Assembly: GCA_963678315.1 (NCBI GenBank)
Contig: OY782781.1
Span: 480,001 to 544,000, forward strand
Source: Candidatus Cloacimonadales bacterium
GTDB lineage: Bacteria; Cloacimonadota; Cloacimonadia; Cloacimonadales; JAFGVF01
DNA: 64,000 nucleotides
Direction: 5' to 3'
Position numbers and translations under genes: made by a program. The notes beneath the pieces were generated by a model. It ran no database searches, had not been told where the DNA came from, and was given only the letters and a program-made list of their open reading frames with translations. Position 1 is the stretch's first letter. The number at the start of each line of letters is the position of its first letter. This document shows, piece after piece, positions 31,201 to 40,054 of the stretch.

Positions 31201-31427
31201 TCATCCATATCTTGAATCTCTTCTTCTATCTTGTTAACAACATTTCTTTCCATCTCTTCTGGAGAAACTCCACGGTAAGTGATGGTAATGTTAAATGCCC
31301 CCATATCTATAGCAGGCATCTCCTCCTTAGGAATTGTGTACATTGTATAGAATCCACCAACATATACTAAAATCATTAGCATATTGATTAGAATAGGATT
31401 CTTTACAGAAAATTTAGCTAGTGACAT
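28275..31427 (-). CDS. RND efflux permease (AcrB/AcrD/AcrF family)
   Basis: 1050 aa; GMIVDDAIIVLENI, GVVVNDSLVLVD and RLRPIIMTT motifs. Confidence 0.95.
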   Translation of the reverse strand: MSLAKFSVKNPILINMLMILVYVGGFYTMYTIPKEEMPAIDMGAFNITITYRGVSPEEMERNVVNKIEEEIQDMDDIDYISSTSQEGVANIFVQMESNANMERAWNDINAEVDKVKDLPENANDPNIIEINMREINDICAVIISGDKDPNIMRDIVEDFEDELLKIDHISKYETSGIQDREFWIEVNNDRMNEYNLTYNDIMGVVASTNSNTPGGELDVGSSQYLVRTMAEYETVKDIEDQIIKMNSNGAAIRLKDIATVLDTLEERETIGKYNGVTGANISVYKKEDGNIIDVVADIRELCEKYENNIPGISAEVRNDGSIRVENSINTLSSNAIMGIVLVFIVLLIFLGWKNAFYAAWGIPFSFLLTIIFMDYFDVTLNNLSLFGLILVLGMIVDDAIIVLENIHRYAEMGYSKYEAAIKGTQEIMWPVIAAVATTISAFLPLLWMEGMMSKFLGNFTIVVILALTASLIECLLLLPSHVAEFGTAKIHEEKEHKLHSYLTKRYRASITWVLKHRFISLLVLIMGLIGSGAMLASGAVGFEFFPKSTPKTLKVILETEVGSSLDKTNVVVTNLEEAIMGIDQKIDIESIVSNIGMYRESHRTETASNYAEVSIDLIDADQLQNDYQDIKKSVIRELDKVKGIKLYKLKEASRGGPRSEYDIELRVYGDDIATLDKISEYLISELEVIPGLEEIESSQDNGKSEIRIIPNTEALYMYGLTEANITSTVATALYGSTISKFRGSGLEEYDIIVKSDESQLSSFSDLENLKIRTRSGSLVPLKDLAKFDIQQGYSKIEHYDLERKYTVTAQCGYYEKDGEKIKQVPGQVISQLKGSKVKNTEGVLSDFEEKYPGYKLEYGGIEKQQSETYSKLGLAFIVAVLMIFTILATQFKSYVKPLIVMSALPFAFIGVTLGLFVTGLSFSMMTMIAVLALAGVVVNDSLVLVDFINKEREAGRDRWNSLINAGAIRLRPIIMTTVTTIAGFMPMILSDSVATADWKPMAVAIAFGLGFATVLTLFLVPVLYSFEDSVKAKFSKRGDKTTIKEALEKK

Positions 31428-31436
31428 CTATAACTC

Positions 31437-32525
31437 CTAAGAATTGCTTTTAACTATTACTTGTTGGCCATCAGAAAGTTTACCCATGCTATCAGCAACT
31501 ATTTTATCACCAGGATTAAGTCCACTTGTGATTATAACAAAGTCATTAATCATTTCACCAAGTGTAACTTGTTGCTCATAAACTTTATCTCCCTTAACTA
31601 CATAAACATAGTTTTGGTCATAACGCTGTTCTACTTTATCAAACTTGATAGCTACTTTATCATCTGAAGTCTTTTTGTTTATCTCTAAGTTGATAATCAT
31701 ACCAGAAAGCATTCTTCCTGGATTCTTAAACTTGATTTCTATTGGGTATAATGAATCGCCTATTTTAGCACTTCTACCTATTCTCTCAACCTTACCAACA
31801 GTAGGAATAGTATTACCATTACATGAGATATTAACATCATCGCCAACATCTACAAAATGTACATAGTTCTGTCCAATACCTGTTCTAACAATGATTGTTT
31901 GGTCGTCTACAATAGAACAAACAACAGAATTAGCATTGATATTCTCGCCTACTTTGATAGGTAAATAACTTATATAACCAGAAGCAGGAGCTTTTAGAAC
32001 AGCTCTGTTAAACATGCGTTCAGCTTGTTCATATTGAGCTTGTGCTCCTTTATATGATGCTAAAGCACCTTGATAAGCGTTCTTACTAAGAAGAAGAGCT
32101 TGCTCTGAAATAGATTGTTGTTTAAATAATAAAGAATCTGCAGAAAGCTGCATTTTCTTGGTAACTAAGCTTGTTTCTGAAGCCAATAAACTTGCTTCAG
32201 CTTGTTTCATTGTATATTCATATTGGTCAGATTCAATTCTTCCAATCTCTTCACCTTTCTTAACATAATCACCTAAATGCTTGTTCAGAGAAATCAATCT
32301 ACCACTAATATCAGCAAGCATATCTATATCAAGAATTCCCTCTGCTTTACCAGATAATGTGATAGTTCTTGTCATTTGCTTTGTTTCTACATCAGCTACA
32401 ATAACTGTAGAAAGGTTCTTTTTATTGTTTGCTGATTCACCTGACTCTTTATTATTCTTTTTTGAACATCCGCTTACTAACAATACAATTATTGCTAACA
32501 AAAGTATTAATCTATTTTTATTCAT
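31437..32525 (-). CDS. RND periplasmic adaptor (MFP) lipoprotein
   Basis: Lipobox VSGC; GDYVKKGE, LKAPASG and SGLNPGD motifs. Confidence 0.92.
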   Translation of the reverse strand: MNKNRLILLLAIIVLLVSGCSKKNNKESGESANNKKNLSTVIVADVETKQMTRTITLSGKAEGILDIDMLADISGRLISLNKHLGDYVKKGEEIGRIESDQYEYTMKQAEASLLASETSLVTKKMQLSADSLLFKQQSISEQALLLSKNAYQGALASYKGAQAQYEQAERMFNRAVLKAPASGYISYLPIKVGENINANSVVCSIVDDQTIIVRTGIGQNYVHFVDVGDDVNISCNGNTIPTVGKVERIGRSAKIGDSLYPIEIKFKNPGRMLSGMIINLEINKKTSDDKVAIKFDKVEQRYDQNYVYVVKGDKVYEQQVTLGEMINDFVIITSGLNPGDKIVADSMGKLSDGQQVIVKSNS

Positions 32526-33856
32526 TATTCCCCCTTAATCTCTGCTTTTAAAATTCTATTAAATTCTTGATCACTATCAATTCCAAGTAGTTGCTTTAGA
32601 GAAGACTTCATCTTCAAGTAAGTATATTTAGAAGAAACATAAGTTTCATGAGCATTAGCTAAGTCAATCTCTATATCTAGCATATCTTCTACTGAGAAGG
32701 TATTATTCCAAAGTTTTGCTTCAAACTTATCAAACAAGGCTGTATTTAGTTCATAGCTCTTCTCAGCTACTGTTAACCTAGCCACAGAAGCATAGTAACT
32801 GTTTAATATTGTAAGTAAAGAAGTTTGAAGATTATCACTTAATATTTGTCTGTTAAGTGTACTTTCATTAAGACTTTCTCTTTGAGCATTCATGTCATGA
32901 TACTTGTTTGCCAAAGGGAAGATAGCCAAAGATGCTGTTAAGGATAGAGTTCCTGAATCATCAAAACTACTACTAGCTTCAGTTGCTGACCAGCTTTTGT
33001 TGTAAGCTAGATTTAAAGTTGGTAAGAAAGACATCTTTTTCATATTAAGTGAAAAGTTACTTATCTGTAGAGAATGATGGTTCTGTCTTAATTGAGAATT
33101 GTTTCGTTCAGCATAAGTCCAGAGATTGTTGAAAATACTGTTCTTGCTAATGTCGTTCAAAGAAGATATTTCTTCAAGAGGTTCATCGAAAGAATCTTCA
33201 GTAATATCTACAAGTTCAAAGTCTTCTTCTATATTAAGATGATCTTTGAGATTCTTATATGCTTGAACAGATTTAGAATCTTGGTCTATTAAAGCAAGTT
33301 TCTTATTGTTAACATCTAATTCAAGTCTTAACATATCTTCTTTAGAAATAAGTCCTTGTTTAAATTTAACTTGCCCAGTAGATAAATGCTTCTGAGAAAT
33401 CTTCAAGCTTCTCTCAGCAATAGATAAATACTTGGTGGCTTCTAAAGCATCATAGTATAGGCTTTCAAGCTCTACAGTCAGATCAATAATTGTCTGACGT
33501 TTGTTTTCTAACTGCATAAGATAGCTTTCATTCTGAATCTTATTATTGTAATATTTACTTCCTCCAGCTAGTATAGTCTGAGATATAGATAATCCATATT
33601 GAGTGGAATATCCACCAATCATTTGTTGGTCCTCGTCAAACCTAGAGTGGCTTGCTGTAACATTTGCTGTTGGTAGAAAGCTAAACAATGAGCTTAGCTT
33701 GTTAGACTTAGCCTGTTCGATTTGGGCTAAACTAACTTTATAGTCTAAATTCTTTTCTAGTAAAATCTCTTTAGCTGACTCTAGCGATAATTCTTTTGCT
33801 TGAGTAATACTAACAAGAGCTACTAAACACATTATTAGAGCTAATGTTTTCTTCAT
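32525..33856 (-). CDS. TolC-family outer membrane protein
   Basis: Signal peptide from ATG 33856 (MKKTLAL, AGGGG RBS); FLPT repeats in both halves; first gene of the RND operon. Confidence 0.88.
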   Translation of the reverse strand: MKKTLALIMCLVALVSITQAKELSLESAKEILLEKNLDYKVSLAQIEQAKSNKLSSLFSFLPTANVTASHSRFDEDQQMIGGYSTQYGLSISQTILAGGSKYYNNKIQNESYLMQLENKRQTIIDLTVELESLYYDALEATKYLSIAERSLKISQKHLSTGQVKFKQGLISKEDMLRLELDVNNKKLALIDQDSKSVQAYKNLKDHLNIEEDFELVDITEDSFDEPLEEISSLNDISKNSIFNNLWTYAERNNSQLRQNHHSLQISNFSLNMKKMSFLPTLNLAYNKSWSATEASSSFDDSGTLSLTASLAIFPLANKYHDMNAQRESLNESTLNRQILSDNLQTSLLTILNSYYASVARLTVAEKSYELNTALFDKFEAKLWNNTFSVEDMLDIEIDLANAHETYVSSKYTYLKMKSSLKQLLGIDSDQEFNRILKAEIKGE

Positions 33857-34050
33857 ATTGTCCCCTTTATAGTGATTCAGTATATATGATATTTCATTAC
33901 TTGTAAATATCAATTGACTTTTGCCCAACGGTTACTTTTTAACCTTGAACGGTTAATTCTTGTAAGAATGCAGTTCTTTTTTACCGATATTATCATGATT
34001 AGTTATGTCTTGTTTCAGATAATTCACAAAGACCTCAAATCAAAATTAAT

Positions 34051-34079
34051 TTGACATCTATTCAATATAATATTATAAT
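34051..34079 (+). promoter_or_regulatory. Consensus sigma70 promoter
   Basis: Exact TTGACA-N17-TATAAT, 27 nt before ATG 34107. Confidence 0.8.
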
Positions 34080-34106
34080 GAATGAAACAAGAATAATGGA
34101 GATACA

Positions 34107-35462
34107 ATGACTAGAATATACATGGTGGTTACCCTTCTATTTTGCTTTTACACTGGGATATTTGCTATAGAAGTAGGCCAAGTAAGCAATACAGATAAGG
34201 AAAGAAGCCTTCCCCAGGAAGAAGATAACAATCCCTTCAAACAGAATGAATTCATTAAGCAATATGGCGATTTAGAAGTTGTAACAATTAAAGTTCTTGG
34301 CTTAAGAAGAACATCAGAAAAGACTTTCTTACGCTGGTTTGACCTTAAAGCAAAGCAAACAGTCTCCAACTATAATCTTGAACAGCTATTTAAAGATATA
34401 GATGATAAAAATTTATTCTCCATGCAAAAGTCAGTAGACTTTTATGAAAGAGATTCTAAGGCATATATGGTTGTACAAGTCGATGAAAAGTGGTCATTGA
34501 TTCCAGTTCCATTTTATTCTACTGATGGAGATAAAAGCCTTTATGGTGGAGCATTACTTGATTCTAATCTATTTGGACAAGGCAATACTTTGTTAGCAGC
34601 CTTAGCTGTAGGATCTTCTTCAATTACAACTTTTGGTATGTATTCAATGAAGAACATTCTTGATAAAAAGTATAATTTCCAACTATTATTCAGCTATAGA
34701 AACAACGATATAGAAATGTCTGATATAGATGAAGAATTTTATTTAAAGAATAGAGCTCTTTTTGCTACATCAAGAGTTATATTTACTCGAAACTTATTAA
34801 ACAAACAGCTCAAGATTGGACCTCGGTTAGGCTTCAATTATGGTAGTATAGATGAAGATTGGGATGATTCAATCAATAATAGCAGAGACCACACTTTAGG
34901 CGCGGCTGGTTTCAGCATAGAATATGATAATACCGAAAGAGATTTTGTTTTTAATGTAGGCTCTAAAGTTACATTAACGAGTGAATATTACCATTCTTTC
35001 AAAGATTATGAAGATGATTTCGTTAAGCAAGATTTCAAAGCATCTTATTCTACAATGCTGATAGAGAACATAAACCTTAGCTTCCACACTCAAGGTGGGC
35101 TCTTTGATAAAGCTGATTTAGTAGAAGATGAATTGGGTGGTCATTTTGGTGCTAAATCATTACCTTCTGGTAATATTTATGCTGATAATTGGGTAGATGG
35201 AGCTATAGTATTTGAAATTCCTGTTTGGAAAAAGGGTAAATTCCATCCAACTATTTCAGCCTTTTATGAGGGTGGATATTACGACTATGAAGGTGGTGTT
35301 GAAGAATATATTTCATTCAATCAGAAATACCATGGTATTGGTGGTGAATTCAGAGTATATTTCGATAAAGTTGCATTACCTGCTCTTGGCTTTTCATACG
35401 CCTACAACTTTACTTCAAAGAGTGGTCATTTGAACTTCTCAATCGGAATGGGTGGAAATTAA
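34107..35462 (+). CDS. Omp85/TamA-like outer membrane protein (one POTRA-like domain plus beta-barrel)
   Basis: Signal peptide; IKVLGLRRT...VQVDEKWSLIPVP; DSNLFGQG; amphipathic C-terminal strands. Confidence 0.7.
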   Translation: MTRIYMVVTLLFCFYTGIFAIEVGQVSNTDKERSLPQEEDNNPFKQNEFIKQYGDLEVVTIKVLGLRRTSEKTFLRWFDLKAKQTVSNYNLEQLFKDIDDKNLFSMQKSVDFYERDSKAYMVVQVDEKWSLIPVPFYSTDGDKSLYGGALLDSNLFGQGNTLLAALAVGSSSITTFGMYSMKNILDKKYNFQLLFSYRNNDIEMSDIDEEFYLKNRALFATSRVIFTRNLLNKQLKIGPRLGFNYGSIDEDWDDSINNSRDHTLGAAGFSIEYDNTERDFVFNVGSKVTLTSEYYHSFKDYEDDFVKQDFKASYSTMLIENINLSFHTQGGLFDKADLVEDELGGHFGAKSLPSGNIYADNWVDGAIVFEIPVWKKGKFHPTISAFYEGGYYDYEGGVEEYISFNQKYHGIGGEFRVYFDKVALPALGFSYAYNFTSKSGHLNFSIGMGGN

Positions 35463-35495
35463 TCAACATTAAGATATATAAAGGTTGGAGTAGAT

Positions 35496-36881
35496 ATGGA
35501 TAAAATTCTTATAATTGATGACAACAAAGATCTTCACTTAGTGCTTGAAGCTTTATTAAAAAAGTACAATAATATATCTATAGACCATGCCTATAATGGA
35601 ATGGAAGGCTATCTTATGCTAGAAAAAGTTAAGCCTTCATTAGTGATTTTAGACAATCAAATGCCAGTAATGTCTGGTTTTGAGTTACTTAACAAGTTAA
35701 ATCAAGAGAATAAAACTTACACCATAATTATGCTCACTGCTTTTGGAAGAATTGAAGATGCTGTCGAAGCTATCAAACTAGGAGCTTTAGATTATATCAC
35801 TAAACCTTTTGATGAAGACAAGTTTTTCTTAACTGTTAGTAAAGCTCTAAAGATTGGTTCATTAAAGAAGTCTAAGAAGATTTCAAGAGCTATCATGGGT
35901 AATTCCAACACCTTTGATAATGCTCTAATTGGAAAGTCTCCACTCTTTCGCCAAGTAATCGAGAATGCAAAACTTGTCGCTACAACTGATATTGATGTCC
36001 TTATTAAGGGTAGTAATGGAACAGGCAAAGAGGAAATAGCAAAGTTGATTCACTATTCCAGTGATAGAGCAGATAAGCCATTTGTTACTATTGATTGTGG
36101 TGCTATCCCCGAAAGCCTTATTGAGTCAGAACTGTTTGGTTCAACTAAAGGCTCATATACTGGTGCCATTGAAGACAGAGCTGGCTACTTTGAGCAAGCT
36201 AATACCGGGACAGTCTTTCTGGATGAAATTGGTAATTTACCATTCAAAGCCCAAGCTTCACTCTTAAGAGCTCTTCAAACAAGAAAGATTAAAAGAGTTG
36301 GAAGCCCTGACTCCATCGATATTGATGTTAGAATTATCTGTGCTACCAATGCAAAGCTCCTTGATTGTATTGCTGACGAGACTTTTAAGGAAGACTTATT
36401 CCATAGAATCAATGGCTTTGATATTACTTTACCAGACTTAAAAGATAGAAAAGAAGATATACCTGCCTTAGTTAATCATTTTATCACTCAATTCAATGCT
36501 AAGCTAAATAGAAATGTTCAGATTATCTCCCCTGAATCAATGGAAATGCTGACTAATTATGAGTGGCCAGGTAACATTAGAGAGCTAATAAATTGCTTAC
36601 AAAAAGCTGTTCTTCTTAGTAAGGGGACTACTCTTTCAGATAAAACCATTACCCTAGTTTCTAACCCTGACTTTGATAGCATGAAGAGGGAAAACACAAT
36701 AGTTCAGGATATTCTTGATAAACCAATTGATATGAAAGAGAAACTTCAACTCTTTGAAGAGCTTATTATTAAGGATGCAGTTGATAAGAATAAAGGTAAC
36801 AAGTCTAATGCTGCAAAATTCCTGAATATTTCTAGGAAGAAACTCTATGAAAGACTTAAGAACTTCACTTTCAAGAAGTAA
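35496..36881 (+). CDS. Sigma54-dependent response regulator (NtrC family: REC-AAA-HTH)
   Basis: ILIIDD and LDNQMP receiver motifs; GSNGTGKE; ESELFG..KGSYTGA; WPGNIREL; Fis-type HTH. Confidence 0.93.
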   Translation: MDKILIIDDNKDLHLVLEALLKKYNNISIDHAYNGMEGYLMLEKVKPSLVILDNQMPVMSGFELLNKLNQENKTYTIIMLTAFGRIEDAVEAIKLGALDYITKPFDEDKFFLTVSKALKIGSLKKSKKISRAIMGNSNTFDNALIGKSPLFRQVIENAKLVATTDIDVLIKGSNGTGKEEIAKLIHYSSDRADKPFVTIDCGAIPESLIESELFGSTKGSYTGAIEDRAGYFEQANTGTVFLDEIGNLPFKAQASLLRALQTRKIKRVGSPDSIDIDVRIICATNAKLLDCIADETFKEDLFHRINGFDITLPDLKDRKEDIPALVNHFITQFNAKLNRNVQIISPESMEMLTNYEWPGNIRELINCLQKAVLLSKGTTLSDKTITLVSNPDFDSMKRENTIVQDILDKPIDMKEKLQLFEELIIKDAVDKNKGNKSNAAKFLNISRKKLYERLKNFTFKK

Positions 36882-36919
36882 TAAATTATAAAACTATAAA
36901 GAGAGTTTACACAAAAATA

Positions 36920-37430
36920 ATCCCTTCGTGGGATAATTTACCCCTCTGGGGTATCCTGCAAAGTCGGAACACCGCCATCCCTGATGGCCAAACCTACGAA
37001 AGTAGGTTGTGCATAATATATAAATATATGTTTAACATATATTTATATATAAGAGCCAGCACAGAGGCTGGTAATCCCAGTACTCCTAACTCCTAACAAT
37101 TTATGTCGCCCTTTCAGGGCTATTGTTAATTTTTTAACTATTACATGGAGGGCAAGCCTCCATGCTTAGTATATGCCACCCTTTCAGGGTTTAACCCAAA
37201 TAAAGCACTAGGACTTAAAAAATCGCACTATATTATTTTCGTCAAACCTAATGCTTTATCTGGGTTTAACTGCCTCATTGCCCTTGGGTATCCTGCATAA
37301 AAAGGCAATTTAATGCAGCAGGCAAGTAAGCATGGAGTTACTGAGCTTTTAGAGAGGTTTGGCAAACGCCTCAATAGCAAGCTAAACCATGACAGGCGAA
37401 GACTGTAGCTTGCAAGCTAATTATAGCTTT
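36920..37430. repeat. Intergenic REP-like mosaic
   Basis: 36946-37009 is an inverted copy of 52610-52672. 37053-37081 belongs to the GGGAACGCC..GCTGGC family. 37100-37192 copies 10308-10399. TGACAGGCGAAGACTGT occurs near 37391. Confidence 0.88.
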
Positions 37431-37435
37431 AGTCG

Positions 37436-38113
37436 CTACTTTATCTGCATCTTCTCAAGCTCTTCATTAGGAATTAACACTTGAGATATTCCTTGACTAT
37501 ATGGACCTACTTGATAAGGAGCAAAGCTAAGAAGTAAGCCAGATTTTGTATAATTCCAATTTTTGAAAGTATTCTTGTAATGGCTAGAATCCGTTGTCCA
37601 AAATTCCTTTGCCATTTTTTTATGCTCATTGGCACAATATTTTTCTATTTTTTTATAATCGATATTGGGATAATAATGTTCTATTTCAACATTCTGGAAA
37701 GTGTTTAGGTCAATATTAAAGGTCTTAAAGAAGGTATTTGCATGTGCTCCACCGGTATATTCATCATAACGTAATTTCAATGATAAGATATCTTGTGATT
37801 GATAAACAATATCATAAGACCAGTTTTGAAAAAAGCCACGTTCATGGTCATATTTGTAACATAATTCTATAAAATCTAACATTAGAGGATGGCTATAATC
37901 AGTTAGTATTTTTCTAATCTTATCATTATCAGGTTCACTCATCAAGGGAAATTCGGGAAAAGAAATTTTCACTGTATCAAAGTCATTTATTCTGATTAAG
38001 TCGTTTTTTTGAATTACCTTTTTAGGAACTCTTGCTTGTTGAATGTTTTGAGAAAAAGCGTAATTTGTTGTAACTAGTAAACCTATTAGCAACATAATTT
38101 TTAATTTATTCAT
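37436..38113 (-). CDS. DUF3298/DUF4163 (RsiV/PdaC-like) secreted protein
   Basis: Signal peptide; YTGGAHAN...TFNIDL and FAPYQVGPYSQG motifs. Confidence 0.8.
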   Translation of the reverse strand: MNKLKIMLLIGLLVTTNYAFSQNIQQARVPKKVIQKNDLIRINDFDTVKISFPEFPLMSEPDNDKIRKILTDYSHPLMLDFIELCYKYDHERGFFQNWSYDIVYQSQDILSLKLRYDEYTGGAHANTFFKTFNIDLNTFQNVEIEHYYPNIDYKKIEKYCANEHKKMAKEFWTTDSSHYKNTFKNWNYTKSGLLLSFAPYQVGPYSQGISQVLIPNEELEKMQIK

Positions 38114-38325
38114 GCTTAATTACCTCTATAATTATATTTAACCTAGATAATGCACTAGGTTTAAGTTTAATAAAATATGCTGGATATCTTTTGTCAATAA
38201 ACATGATTTAACAACAAGCTAATTAATTAAGAGATAAAAAAATAACAACGTTAATATTCAATAGGTTATTGACAAATATTAGACTATAGAATTTTATGAA
38301 AAGAAAAAACATTTGAGGTAAACTA

Positions 38326-39852
38326 ATGAGTAAAATACTAATTGATGGTAATACTCTTACACTAGAAAATGTGTGGGATATTGCTTGTAATAATGTAGAA
38401 ATAGAGCTTACTAAAGAAAGTAAAGAAAAAGTAGTAAAATGTCGTGAATATGTAGATAGAATTATTGATGAAGGTAGAATTGTTTATGGTTTAACTACTG
38501 GTTTTGGTAAATTCTCAACTATCACTATTGCTCAAGAAGATATTGCTGAATTACAAGAAAACTTAATTTTAAGTCATGCTACTGGTGTTGGAGAATTTTT
38601 CTCAATTGAAGAAACTAGAGCAATCATGTTACTTAGAATTTGTGTTCTTGCAAAAGGACATTCAGGTATCAGATTATCAACTTTAGAAGCTCTTATTGAG
38701 ATGCTTAACAAAGGTGTTCATCCATGTATTCCTGAAAAAGGTTCAGTTGGTGCAAGCGGCGATTTAGCTCCTCTTTCTCACCTTGCTTTAGTTCTTCTTG
38801 GAAAAGGCGAAGCTATCTACCAAGGTGTTAAAATGACAGGTGCTGAAGCTATGGAAAAAGCTAACATTCTTCCTGTTAAATTAGCAGCAAAAGAAGGTCT
38901 TGCTCTTAACAATGGTACACAAGTAATGACAGGTGTTGGTGCTTTAGCTCTTATCCGTGCTGAAAAGCTTTGCCAAACTGCTGATATTGCTCATACTGCT
39001 TCTCTTGATGCTTTCTTAGGGACTTGCAAAGCCTTTAACCAATTAGTACATAGTGTTAGACCTCACCAAGGACAATTAGATTCTGCTACAAACATCAGAA
39101 ACTTAATTGAAGGAAGTGAATTAAGAGAATCACACACTAACTGCGAAAATGTTCAAGATCCATATAGTATGCGTTGTGGTGCTCAGGTTCATGGTGCTGT
39201 TAGAGAAACATTGAGATACGTTAGATCAATCCTTGATGTTGAAATCAACTCAGCTACTGATAATCCGTTAATTTTCCCAGAACAAGACGAAGTAATCTCT
39301 GGTGGTAACTTCCATGGTGAGCCTGTTGCTATTGCTATGGACGCACTTGGAATGGCTATTGCTGAAATCGCTAACATCTCTGAGAGAAGAATGGAACAAT
39401 TATTCAACCCAGCACAATCTCGTGGACTTAATGCTTTCTTAGCTCCAAGACCAGGTATAGACTCTGGATTCATGATAGCACAACTTACAGCTGCATCTTT
39501 AGTGTCAGAAAACAAAGTTCTTGCTCACCCAGCTTCAGTTGACTCAATTCCAACTTCAGCACTTCAAGAAGACCATGTTTCTATGGGTACAATCGGTGCA
39601 GTTAAAGCTAGAAATATAATAGATAATGTTGAACATGTTTTGGCAATAGAATTGATGGCTTCTTGCCAAGCTCTCGATGATAGAAAGATTCCTAGCTCAA
39701 AAGCTATTGAAGCTGTGAAAGCTAATATCAGAACATTTGTTGACTATATCGACAAAGATAGAATAATATTCCCTGATATGAGAAATATGAAAGACTTTGT
39801 TCATAACTTTAAAGCTCTTGATATTGTTTCTGAATTCGTTGACATGAAATAG
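38326..39852 (+). CDS. hutH: Histidine ammonia-lyase
   Basis: GSVGASGDLAPLSH (MIO-forming), VYGLTTGFG, QDPYSMRC and QEDHVSMG motifs. Confidence 0.96.
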   Translation: MSKILIDGNTLTLENVWDIACNNVEIELTKESKEKVVKCREYVDRIIDEGRIVYGLTTGFGKFSTITIAQEDIAELQENLILSHATGVGEFFSIEETRAIMLLRICVLAKGHSGIRLSTLEALIEMLNKGVHPCIPEKGSVGASGDLAPLSHLALVLLGKGEAIYQGVKMTGAEAMEKANILPVKLAAKEGLALNNGTQVMTGVGALALIRAEKLCQTADIAHTASLDAFLGTCKAFNQLVHSVRPHQGQLDSATNIRNLIEGSELRESHTNCENVQDPYSMRCGAQVHGAVRETLRYVRSILDVEINSATDNPLIFPEQDEVISGGNFHGEPVAIAMDALGMAIAEIANISERRMEQLFNPAQSRGLNAFLAPRPGIDSGFMIAQLTAASLVSENKVLAHPASVDSIPTSALQEDHVSMGTIGAVKARNIIDNVEHVLAIELMASCQALDDRKIPSSKAIEAVKANIRTFVDYIDKDRIIFPDMRNMKDFVHNFKALDIVSEFVDMK

Positions 39853-39875
39853 AAATTAATCTAAAATATATTAAT

Positions 39876-39910
39876 AAGAGCCTTGAGTTATTCTCTTGGC
39901 TCTTTTCTTT
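39876..39910 (+). terminator. Intrinsic terminator after hutH
   Basis: AAGAGCC...GGCTCTT stem followed by TTCTTT. Confidence 0.7.
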
Positions 39911-40054
39911 TATAACAATTCTCCCAAATATGCAATAAACTTTATGGAATAACACATATTCTTGTTATATTCTTCAATAAAGCCTAATGGAAAGGATTGA
40001 AATAGATATAACTTGACGTAATTCCATATATTTATAGTATGAGAAGTTGGTAGA

